IMG/VR virus record: IMGVR_UViG_3300021255_002784
Span: 1 to 24,415 of that record
Reading direction: 5' to 3' (one strand)
Length of the DNA: 24,415 nt
From: a virus
Lineage: Duplodnaviria; Heunggongvirae; Uroviricota; Caudoviricetes
Shown: piece by piece, positions 17,314 through 24,415 of the stretch
Position numbering within the stretch: position 1 is the first letter of the stretch
Layout of the letters: each line of letters opens with the position of its first letter
Notes under the pieces: model-generated
Database searches by the model: none
What the model saw: the letters and a program-made list of their open reading frames with translations, nothing else
Told to the model about the DNA's origin: nothing
Program-made: the position numbers and the translations under genes

Positions 17314-17880
17314 ATGAGTACAGAAGAATTCAAAGACAAATCTGTCGAAGAAACTCAAGAGTTGCTTCAAAAACGTGTAGAAGAGTACACAGCAAAAGTA
17401 GACAAGATCACCGATGTAAACGAACTCAATAAGCTTGAACAAGAGATCGATGCAGAACAAGCCGAGTACGACGAGTACATCAAGAAAGTAGAATACGAAC
17501 TGAACGTTGTCGGTGTGGACTTCGAGGGCAAGCATTTCAGCCTTAACGATGTCGCCAAGAAAATCGTCTATTATCTCAACAAGATCGAACAGGACTTTCA
17601 ATACTGCCTCGGACTCCACGGTCTGGTGCTCCTCTGGAAGAAAGCCGACCTCAAGACCATTACCTACGGTGCATACGACAGCACACTCCGGCTGCTGGGT
17701 GGTCTCAAGTACAAAGGGGATTCAGAGTGGGTGGATATCCTCGTTATCAACAACTTCCTGACCTGTGCACACGAAGCGTATGTCAAAGATCGTTCCGGTT
17801 TGATTGCTCTGGCATCTATGCGTAACGCAGTAGTGAACCGCATTCAACTCTGTTCCAAGAAAGAAACAGCTACTGAGTAA
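17314..17880 (+). CDS. Hypothetical protein with acidic coiled-coil N-terminus
   Basis: 188-aa ORF with high-expression-type codon usage, followed by a terminator. Confidence 0.8.
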   Translation: MSTEEFKDKSVEETQELLQKRVEEYTAKVDKITDVNELNKLEQEIDAEQAEYDEYIKKVEYELNVVGVDFEGKHFSLNDVAKKIVYYLNKIEQDFQYCLGLHGLVLLWKKADLKTITYGAYDSTLRLLGGLKYKGDSEWVDILVINNFLTCAHEAYVKDRSGLIALASMRNAVVNRIQLCSKKETATE

Positions 17881-17900
17881 TCAGCAAAACAATGACAAAT

Positions 17901-17931
17901 AAAAAAGACCTCTGACGAGGTCTTTTTTTTT
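17901..17931. terminator. Bidirectional intrinsic terminator
   Basis: aaaaaagacctc / tgac / gaggtctttttt between convergent genes. Confidence 0.88.
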
Positions 17932-17979
17932 ATACTTAAGGTTTATTGGGTTTGCAGCAAAAGTACTACAATTTTTGTA

Positions 17980-19524
17980 TTAAGTGAATGACCCCCCTAT
18001 TTGATAGATACGGCTACCATCAGAATACCACAACTTTTTAGTCACGTCGTTAAAGTTAAGATGTGAACCGGTAAACAAGTCAAGAGGTGTAATATTATCT
18101 ACAATAGACCATGCGTCTCCGCTTCGTTGCCATACCAAATCAGTATCGATGTCAAGAATTACTCTGTGAGCCAGAGATGATGTATTATAAATACGTCCAT
18201 ATGGAGTTGAACTTTGATGCAACATAAAGTGAGCGTCATTCTTGAGTACGTCTAAATACGTAGAATAAGCACTACAATCAAATTCCGTCCAATTCGACAT
18301 ACCTTGAGTAATGTATCTTACTTTGTAATTATCGAGGTCTATTTGCACTTTGGATCCACTCACTAAATCTGGAATTTGATTGTCCAAATCAGTAATTTCT
18401 TCTGCAAGAATTTGCGAAAATCTCCAGGTAATTATATTTCCTATCTTCTCAGTTCTAACTCGAATATAGGATGGACCGTAATAATTGTTTGACCAAGGAT
18501 TAGTTATTAAACTGGTATTGCGCACCACACACTTTCCTTGTTCAACTGTTGAACCGCTAACTACTTCACCATCCGATCTTCCTACAATTCCAAAACTGTC
18601 AGCATTTGCTACTCCATCCCGAGGGTTAGCTGGATTGCGAGGATAGTACTTTTCTCTAATATCGGTAGAGATGTCTGCTTTGCGCTTTGCAATAGTAAGA
18701 TTTATATTAAATGCTCTAAAGCTACTACTTTTTAATTCAGGATCAGCACTTACTGCGAGCATTACAGTGGGACACCAGGTACCATCAGAATCAGTTGTGG
18801 CAGTAGTTCCAAAACCAATAAATCCACACCCTACGGTATCGTTGGCATCAGAATTTTCAAAATAACCATAAAGAGCATCATGCAATACATTGGTGGGTGT
18901 GTCGGGATTATACAAACAAGCTCTTCGGGAAAAGTAATTATCATTAAATTTAGCATCTACAGTGTAATCTGGTTGATTGTAATACCAAAAACCATTATCT
19001 GTAGAAGCCGGGCCGCCGGGAAGAAGATCACTCGCATCTAGTTCAACACTGTACCCACCTTCAGGTGTCCAAGCCTCATATTTGTTATTGGAGATAAGTT
19101 CTGTAGGCCATAAAGTTCCTATCTCTTGAATTGTAAAATCATTATACTTGCAATTTGCTAAATCTACCGGATTATCTACAACCATACCATCTTCATACAT
19201 AAGTTGATGCGTAGTAAGAGTAGTTCCATCATCAGAATATATGAGTTGGTTTTTAACCTTTGGAACATCTTCGAATGGTACACGGACATATGCACGGCCA
19301 TTAGCATCTACTTCGATAGGGTAGGTTTTATCACTTTGTTCGTATCCGAGTTTGATGCCACCCAGTTCCGTTGTAGAGGCAACTGGTAGAGCGTAGTTTG
19401 TGCCATAAGTCTGCCCTAAGGCTTTGATCAGTGGTTTATCAGTAAGAAATACAATATCATTGGGGTTTTGAACGGAGCGTTCCCATTCAGCTTCAGTGCC
19501 TTTTCGTATGGTTAAATTTGCCAT
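17980..19524 (-). CDS. Putative tail/head fibre protein
   Basis: N-terminal MANLTIRKGTEAEW and YALPVASTTELGGIKLGY...YPIEVDANGRAYVRVP are typical fibre-anchoring motifs. The rest is aromatic and beta-rich. ATG 19524 is preferred over the track's TTG at 19536. Confidence 0.55.
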   Translation of the reverse strand: MANLTIRKGTEAEWERSVQNPNDIVFLTDKPLIKALGQTYGTNYALPVASTTELGGIKLGYEQSDKTYPIEVDANGRAYVRVPFEDVPKVKNQLIYSDDGTTLTTHQLMYEDGMVVDNPVDLANCKYNDFTIQEIGTLWPTELISNNKYEAWTPEGGYSVELDASDLLPGGPASTDNGFWYYNQPDYTVDAKFNDNYFSRRACLYNPDTPTNVLHDALYGYFENSDANDTVGCGFIGFGTTATTDSDGTWCPTVMLAVSADPELKSSSFRAFNINLTIAKRKADISTDIREKYYPRNPANPRDGVANADSFGIVGRSDGEVVSGSTVEQGKCVVRNTSLITNPWSNNYYGPSYIRVRTEKIGNIITWRFSQILAEEITDLDNQIPDLVSGSKVQIDLDNYKVRYITQGMSNWTEFDCSAYSTYLDVLKNDAHFMLHQSSTPYGRIYNTSSLAHRVILDIDTDLVWQRSGDAWSIVDNITPLDLFTGSHLNFNDVTKKLWYSDGSRIYQIGGSFT

Positions 19525-19540
19525 AGCTTTATTCAATTTA

Positions 19541-19588
19541 CTATATAATAATGCCTAACACAAAACGATTTCAGCATTTATTATATAG
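19541..19588. promoter_or_regulatory. Back-to-back candidate late promoters (TTATTATATAG on each strand)
   Basis: ctatataataa at 19541-19551 (minus strand reads gcaTTATTATATAGt) and gcatTTATTATATAGt with the motif at 19578-19588 (plus). They face the fibre and tube genes respectively. Confidence 0.6.
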
Positions 19589-19606
19589 TCAAAAAATACA
19601 AAGAAT

Positions 19607-20200
19607 ATGGCTCTACCGCATATACAGAATAGTGAAGCCGGACGCAATAAATACGATCCCGCTCACAAGTCGATATATGAGTTGTACTTCACTATCCCTG
19701 AAGCACTTCGTGCAAAGTTCGCGCAGGATGAAGCACTTATCACTGAACACGTACTAACCGTAGGAGGTTTGGAAGGTCTTTATAAAGGTCCTGAGGCTGA
19801 TGCTCAAAAGTTCATGGGTACATCTCGTTCATATATCAAACCAACACTTGGTGGTGAAACATTCGCAGAAATCACAGTTAAGTTCTCCCTTAATCTTCGT
19901 AATGGTACTGACAACTACATCTACCGTTTGTTCCGTGCTTGGAAAAACCTCAACTACAATATAGCAACAGGTGAACGCCACCTCAAACCTGATTACTGTG
20001 CAGACTGGCTGCACCTTAAGGTTGCGAACCGTGTAGGTGATGTTTACCACGATGTTCTCATGCACGATGTCATGTTGGTTGGACCGGTTGTTCCTTCTGC
20101 CGATTACGACTACACAGCTGACGAAGCGCTTGAACTCGAGGTTAAGTTCCGTACTGACTGGTGGGATGAAAAGAACGCCGGTGATGAGGAAGAAGCATAA
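19607..20200 (+). CDS. Tail tube protein (T4 gp19-like)
   Basis: 197 aa. MALPH..NS.AG...YDP.HKS.YE.YF..P, QKFMG..RSY, ITVKFSLNL, IYRLFRAW...Y...TGE, DYDY...EALELEVKFR.DWWDE fits the tube pattern of the same lineage as the sheath. Confidence 0.85.
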   Translation: MALPHIQNSEAGRNKYDPAHKSIYELYFTIPEALRAKFAQDEALITEHVLTVGGLEGLYKGPEADAQKFMGTSRSYIKPTLGGETFAEITVKFSLNLRNGTDNYIYRLFRAWKNLNYNIATGERHLKPDYCADWLHLKVANRVGDVYHDVLMHDVMLVGPVVPSADYDYTADEALELEVKFRTDWWDEKNAGDEEEA

Positions 20201-20212
20201 CCTATAAACAAT

Positions 20213-20246
20213 AAAAACTTGTACGTGAGTACAGGTTTTTTTTTTT
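20213..20246 (+). terminator. Intrinsic terminator of the tail tube gene
   Basis: aaaaacttgtac / gtga (GNRA) / gtacaggttttt plus T-run. Confidence 0.85.
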
Positions 20247-20259
20247 GATATAAACACAT

Positions 20260-20300
20260 AAAAAATATCTCCTGAATACTTTATAAGGTATCCAGGAGAT
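20260..20300 (-). terminator. Hairpin, probable terminator of the MoxR gene, overlapping repeat copy B
   Basis: atctcctgaatac / tttataag / gtatccaggagat (13-bp stem; the single non-Watson-Crick position is G-U on the - strand). The A-run on its left gives a U-tract on -. Confidence 0.65.
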
Positions 20301-20336
20301 CTTTTGTTATAATGCAATCTCGTAGGTCTTACATGA
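20295..20336 (-). repeat. Dispersed 42-bp repeat, copy B (inverted relative to A)
   Basis: Minus strand reads tcatgtaagacctacgagattgcattataacaaaagatctcc, 36/42 identical to 13433-13474. Confidence 0.9.
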
Positions 20337-20357
20337 CTTACGTTATTCAAGGAAATC

Positions 20358-22229
20358 TTATCCTAATCCATCTTTTCCATCAACTGTTGCTGTCTTGAAT
20401 GCTTCACCATATTTCTTGGCAATGATAGACATACCGGTGCTGTAGTCAGGCATAGTGGTGCGATCTACTTTCCAAGCATTCATGAAGGCATCGAAGGCGT
20501 GAATGTTACCCCAGATCTCAGGTTTGCGATCGTTCATCTTCTTGAGGAAGAAGATATATGATTTCAAGTCGTTCAAACCAAGCGAAGCATCGCTGTCAGC
20601 TACGTCTGCTGCGAATACATTTTTGAATACATCGAGCACGTACGATGCAAGTTGTTCGTTGTTAGCCTTTACCAACCAGTTAGCCAAGGACTCGAACTCT
20701 TCTTGAGTAGGTAGTTTGTCTTTGTGTGCTGTTACTACGAGTTGTGCTAATGGTAGAGCTACGTGTACCAGATCCTTGGCATCGATTTTGAGACCTGCCC
20801 CACCATTCTGCCACGCAGACTGAACTGCTGCATCGAAGTTACCAATCCTACGGATTGTCTGAAGGAATGCCCAGAAGGCATCTACTGCTGTTGCTGGTAC
20901 GTATTTATTGAGTGTGAAGAGGATATCTTCAGCATCGAGATCAAATATATTAAATCCTTCCAACGAACCGGTATTGTGCATTTCAGCGAGATCGATCATT
21001 GCATTGGTCCAAGAACGAGGGGTGCACATGATATGGGTCATGTCTGAACCAGCCGTATCATCGCCGTTTGGATCCCAATAGAAGAACTTACCACCAGCTA
21101 GTGTTTCGCCTGCAGGCATGTCCAGCCACTGAGTAAGGAGTGGAGACATGAACCCTTGCTTATCAGCCCAAGCCCGCCAGGTCTTAGCAGTTGGTTCGTA
21201 ATAGACTTGCGCGAAACGGTTACCTAGTGCGTTACCAATGGATGACTGACCACCACGATCTTCGTCCTCGTCGCGGTTCGATGCGCATACGATAGCCCAA
21301 CCAGAACCTAATTTCCACCCGTTGAAGGTGGCTTCGTTAATCAAGGGTAGGATCACATTAAGTACTTGTTGGGTAGCACGAGACAACTCATCGATGAATA
21401 GCATACCGCGCCCACATTTGGCGTCGAGTTCTGCATCCAATTTTGCATCTCCAGTAGGACGCCATACAGGCAACCAGGTCTTTGGAACATCTTCGGCTCG
21501 ATCACCAGACTCGGTGTATTTTGGTAGCATGAAGTTTTCAGGAGTCTCGTTAGAAAGAGTCTTGGAGATAAGCGCGTAGTCTTTACCCTGCTCTGCAGAT
21601 ATCTCTGATACAACAGCATTGAGGATCGCTGTCTTTCCGATACCAGGCGCTCCCCAAATCATCAGACGAGCGGTGCGAGGGCTGGTTACGTGTTTCTTGA
21701 TCACCTGACGAAGTTTCTCATTAGTAGTGATCACATTGTACTTGGCTTGTGGATCTGTATTCGCCATCTGTACTTCATCGATCTGTTGGAATTGAGCCTT
21801 GAACTCTTCTTCATTAGACTCGCGAACTGCGCGTTTAGACAACCATTTCCACCATTCAACCGTAGAAGGATACAACTTGAGTGCACCTGTAAAGGCTTCT
21901 GTGCGACCTACCAGCTTACCCGAGGTCTTACCCAGGCTGACGAACGTGGACTTCTTATCAATCAGGCCATCATTGTATGCTTGACCAGCTGTCATCGGAG
22001 TAGAGCAGGGTAAGATGTTGCCTTCTTCATCTGTAACCATCCACCAAGTCTGTAGTTTGGCTACGATACCCTTACCCCAAGCTATCACTTGTTTAGCCAG
22101 TTTACCAAGTTTATCTTTGACTTTGCTGATGGCGTCACGAAGACCTTCGTCCACATGATTGTTCAACTCTGATTGGAGATAATCTGCAAGCGGCTGAACT
22201 CCTATAAAACTTTCTTGAATATTTCTCAT
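20358..22229 (-). CDS. MoxR-type AAA+ ATPase with a ~150-aa N-terminal extension
   Basis: Walker A WGAPGIGKT, Walker B MLFIDELSRA, sensor-I CASNR, ALGNRF arginine-finger region and TPRSW lid motif. Confidence 0.85.
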   Translation of the reverse strand: MRNIQESFIGVQPLADYLQSELNNHVDEGLRDAISKVKDKLGKLAKQVIAWGKGIVAKLQTWWMVTDEEGNILPCSTPMTAGQAYNDGLIDKKSTFVSLGKTSGKLVGRTEAFTGALKLYPSTVEWWKWLSKRAVRESNEEEFKAQFQQIDEVQMANTDPQAKYNVITTNEKLRQVIKKHVTSPRTARLMIWGAPGIGKTAILNAVVSEISAEQGKDYALISKTLSNETPENFMLPKYTESGDRAEDVPKTWLPVWRPTGDAKLDAELDAKCGRGMLFIDELSRATQQVLNVILPLINEATFNGWKLGSGWAIVCASNRDEDEDRGGQSSIGNALGNRFAQVYYEPTAKTWRAWADKQGFMSPLLTQWLDMPAGETLAGGKFFYWDPNGDDTAGSDMTHIMCTPRSWTNAMIDLAEMHNTGSLEGFNIFDLDAEDILFTLNKYVPATAVDAFWAFLQTIRRIGNFDAAVQSAWQNGGAGLKIDAKDLVHVALPLAQLVVTAHKDKLPTQEEFESLANWLVKANNEQLASYVLDVFKNVFAADVADSDASLGLNDLKSYIFFLKKMNDRKPEIWGNIHAFDAFMNAWKVDRTTMPDYSTGMSIIAKKYGEAFKTATVDGKDGLG

Positions 22230-22243
22230 AATACATGTATTTC

Positions 22244-22254
22244 CTAAATAATAA
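22244..22254 (-). promoter_or_regulatory. Candidate late promoter variant upstream of MoxR
   Basis: Minus strand TTATTATTTAG, one mismatch to TTATTATATAG, 14 nt before the ATG. Confidence 0.45.
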
Positions 22255-22293
22255 TGGGGTTGTCTTATATTTTTATAAAAACAATTTCATAAA

Positions 22294-22869
22294 ATGGTTA
22301 CTATAGGTCTGGACCTATCTATCAATTCGACAGGTGTATGTATATATAATACCACCCGTCTACAAAGCTTCTACTACATCATAAGCCCGAAGTTCACCAA
22401 AAAAGCTTCTACTAACGGTAATGCCTCGCTCGCACTCATACAGTATGAAAAAGCCACAGTGGACTCTAAAATAGACTACAGTGTCAAAGAAGAACTGAAG
22501 ACATATAATATATATAATATTGTACGTCACATCAAAACTATTTTAGAAGTATGGAAACCAGATGTAGTGACTATCGAAGGAGTCTCTTTCGGTAGCACTG
22601 GGTCAGCTGCTCTGATCGATCTATCAGGTCTCAACTACATGGCGCGTATGGCTTGTATAGAAGCACATGTTCGCAATGTGTTCATAGTGTCTCCTACCCA
22701 AAACAAGAAATTCGCCACAGGTAATGGTTCTGCTGAAAAAGATGTTATGATATCCGCCTGGCAAAAACTCGAGAAACATATGATAGGAATTGAACAGTAT
22801 GTCAAAGTGGATGATATTGCCGATGCCTACTTTATGGCTCGATATGGTGAATCTTTACTATCCAAGTAA
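22294..22869 (+). CDS. ruvC: RuvC-like Holliday junction resolvase
   Basis: IGLDLSINSTGV (first Asp), PDVVTIEGVSFG (Glu), VSPTQNKKFATGNGSAEKDVM, VDDIADAY (C-terminal acidic residues). Confidence 0.88.
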   Translation: MVTIGLDLSINSTGVCIYNTTRLQSFYYIISPKFTKKASTNGNASLALIQYEKATVDSKIDYSVKEELKTYNIYNIVRHIKTILEVWKPDVVTIEGVSFGSTGSAALIDLSGLNYMARMACIEAHVRNVFIVSPTQNKKFATGNGSAEKDVMISAWQKLEKHMIGIEQYVKVDDIADAYFMARYGESLLSK

Positions 22870-22907
22870 AATGATTATTTTATAAGTAACAAGATTCACA
22901 TAATTTA

Positions 22908-23837
22908 ATGGAAACAACAGCAAATACCATAATAGAGGCCTACGGATGGATCGGAGTGTTAGTGGTGCTTCTCGCAGCTATAGCATACCTCATATGGAAA
23001 GAAAATTCCGCTCAGAAGGAAAAAAGTCACAACACCACTGAGTTAAAAGAAGCATTCAAACACGATGTGGATGCAGTAGTGTCGAAAATCGATGCAGTAG
23101 TAACCAAAGTGGACATCATCAAAACCAATGCTGATGACAATAAGAAACAATTGATCGAAAGCATTGAAAAGCTTAATAAGCGTATCGATAAAACAGATGA
23201 TGATTTGACACAAATGGACGACATTATAAAAAAAGTGGACAAAAGGGTGGATGATATAGAGGACAATATGCATAAGTGTTATGTAGAGTCCCGGAATCAC
23301 GAACTTCAAGAAGCCAAAAAGCAAACCAGCAGGGTTCTTTTGAAATCTAAAGGTGGTTTGTTGTCCAAGAGCCTAAGGCGATGGTGCAATGCTATGAATG
23401 CTGACCACGTCTATATAGCGCAATTCCACAATGGTACTACAGACCTGCGCGGTATCCACTTTGTGAAATTCGATGTCATCACTGATGAGTTTGCTGATCC
23501 ATTGCATATTGCCGAAGGGGATCGCGAGTTTACACCGCTCTATCACAATCAGTATATCGTGGCCTACGGAGACATTGCTTACACCATGTGTCATGTATCA
23601 GCAGCGGTATTTGATGTGGATAGTGAAGAGTTCCTGGATCAGAGTGATGCCTTATATCGTCGTATGAAGACCATCGGAGTATATCAGACGGGTTTCGCAA
23701 TGATTCGCGATAACGAGGGTGAACCTATCGGATGGTTGGGTGCTGTTTCATATAGAGATAAGAAGATTGATTGTGAGTCGCTGGAAAAAGCTGCTCGCGA
23801 TGTAGAAAATATATTCAACGCAACAGATTATGACTAA
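22908..23837 (+). CDS. Membrane protein: N-terminal TM, coiled coil, GAF-like domain (holin-like candidate)
   Basis: TM WIGVLVVLLAAIAYLIW; heptad region at about aa 40-140; C-terminal ADHVYIAQFHNG...AMIRDNEGEPIGWLGAV resembles a GAF fold. Confidence 0.5.
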   Translation: METTANTIIEAYGWIGVLVVLLAAIAYLIWKENSAQKEKSHNTTELKEAFKHDVDAVVSKIDAVVTKVDIIKTNADDNKKQLIESIEKLNKRIDKTDDDLTQMDDIIKKVDKRVDDIEDNMHKCYVESRNHELQEAKKQTSRVLLKSKGGLLSKSLRRWCNAMNADHVYIAQFHNGTTDLRGIHFVKFDVITDEFADPLHIAEGDREFTPLYHNQYIVAYGDIAYTMCHVSAAVFDVDSEEFLDQSDALYRRMKTIGVYQTGFAMIRDNEGEPIGWLGAVSYRDKKIDCESLEKAARDVENIFNATDYD

Positions 23838-24192
23838 ATTTCCTAACGCCAACATGTTCCAAAAGAGCATCATTCAACAGCAATTAGAATATAATGCTAT
23901 AGTAGAGAAGTTCAAACAATGCTTGGCAAGTTTAGTAGAGAGTTACAATGTCAATGGAAATGTGTTCGGTTGGCAGGGTAAACCAGTAGAGTTTGAAACG
24001 GGTTACTTCGTAGTGGAATCTGAGAAGGATAATCTTCAAGACGCTATCCGGGAGATGACCTCTCTCGATAAATGTATTCGTATTGTTGAAAACAAAACAT
24101 TCCAGGTAGGTACGGTTACACATTACATATCAGAATGTGCTCCTGATGCCAAAGTACTGGATATCGAAAATCAAATCTTTGTTGAACGATAA
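23830..24192 (+). CDS. Hypothetical protein
   Basis: 120-aa ORF overlapping the previous stop by 8 nt. Confidence 0.7.
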   Translation: MTKFPNANMFQKSIIQQQLEYNAIVEKFKQCLASLVESYNVNGNVFGWQGKPVEFETGYFVVESEKDNLQDAIREMTSLDKCIRIVENKTFQVGTVTHYISECAPDAKVLDIENQIFVER

Positions 24193-24415
24193 TGTTACAA
24201 GACCTGAGTAGTTTCATAAAAACCGATTTTGTACTCCAAGAACTGCGTAAGTCCTGTCGAGTGATCTCTTCTATAGAAGAAGCCGATGCTTATGCACTGG
24301 ACGTATCACAGAGGCGATATGACAATGTAATATTTGAGAGGTCCAATCTTAAAAATTATTGCTTTGCCAAGATCCGCGAACTTGTTGATGCGAACATAGT
24401 GAATTGTAATTCCAG
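24192..24415 (+). CDS. Hypothetical protein, partial (runs off the window)
   Basis: TAATG overlap at 24190-24194 gives MLQDLSSFIKTDFVLQELRKSC..., open to the end of the window. Confidence 0.65.
   Translation, partial: MLQDLSSFIKTDFVLQELRKSCRVISSIEEADAYALDVSQRRYDNVIFERSNLKNYCFAKIRELVDANIVNCNS

Noticed and set aside
17955-17967. Bacteroidota -7 promoter-like TACTTTTGC on the minus strand
   Set aside because: No matching -33 TTTG at the proper spacing, and it points straight into a terminator with no downstream gene.
17980-19524. Fibre gene as a diversity-generating retroelement target
   Set aside because: No reverse transcriptase and no adenine-mismatched template repeat were seen in this window.
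22294-22869. RuvC-fold gene as TnpB/Cas12/IscB
   Set aside because: Only 191 aa with a classical resolvase motif order, and no zinc finger, HTH, bridge-helix region or flanking IS ends.
1-24415. Active TAG or TGA reassignment
   Set aside because: Core genes are full length under code 11 and the next gene usually starts right after each stop, so no read-through is needed.
1-24415. tRNA or rRNA genes
   Set aside because: No intergenic region shows a cloverleaf or T-arm GTTCRA context; the intergenic gaps are short and explained by terminators and promoters.

Overview
This window is part of a large (jumbo-type) lytic myovirus genome with T4-superfamily structural genes. The tail sheath and tube termini, as I recall them, resemble the Sphingomonas phage PAU / Tenacibaculum PTm / Lak-megaphage lineage. 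The host is probably a Bacteroidota member, inferred from A-rich, mostly SD-less starts and a Bacteroidales-like YqeY protein. Standard genetic code gives intact ORFs. Recognisable genes: tail sheath (2584-5397), major capsid protein (7654-9384), tail tube (19607-20200), several fibre-like structural proteins, a Hef-like homing endonuclease, GatB/YqeY, a Dps/ferritin-like fusion, an extended sigma70-family factor, a MoxR-type AAA+ ATPase, RuvC resolvase and a TM/coiled-coil/GAF-like (holin-like) protein. Structural genes are dispersed on both strands, mostly with their own intrinsic terminators and a shared TTATTAT(A/T)TAG upstream motif. Main hypothesis: a minus-strand operon (16732->13590: sigma factor, Cys-rich protein, acidic helical protein, Dps-like fusion), plus the MoxR ATPase, carries peptides resembling the T4 capsid-targeting sequence. 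This suggests head-packaged, protease-matured cargo that includes a sigma factor. Second signal: an unexplained 42-bp repeat plus hairpin in two inverted intergenic copies, one of which coincides with the truncation of an ORF. All family assignments come from motif recognition only; no searches were run.
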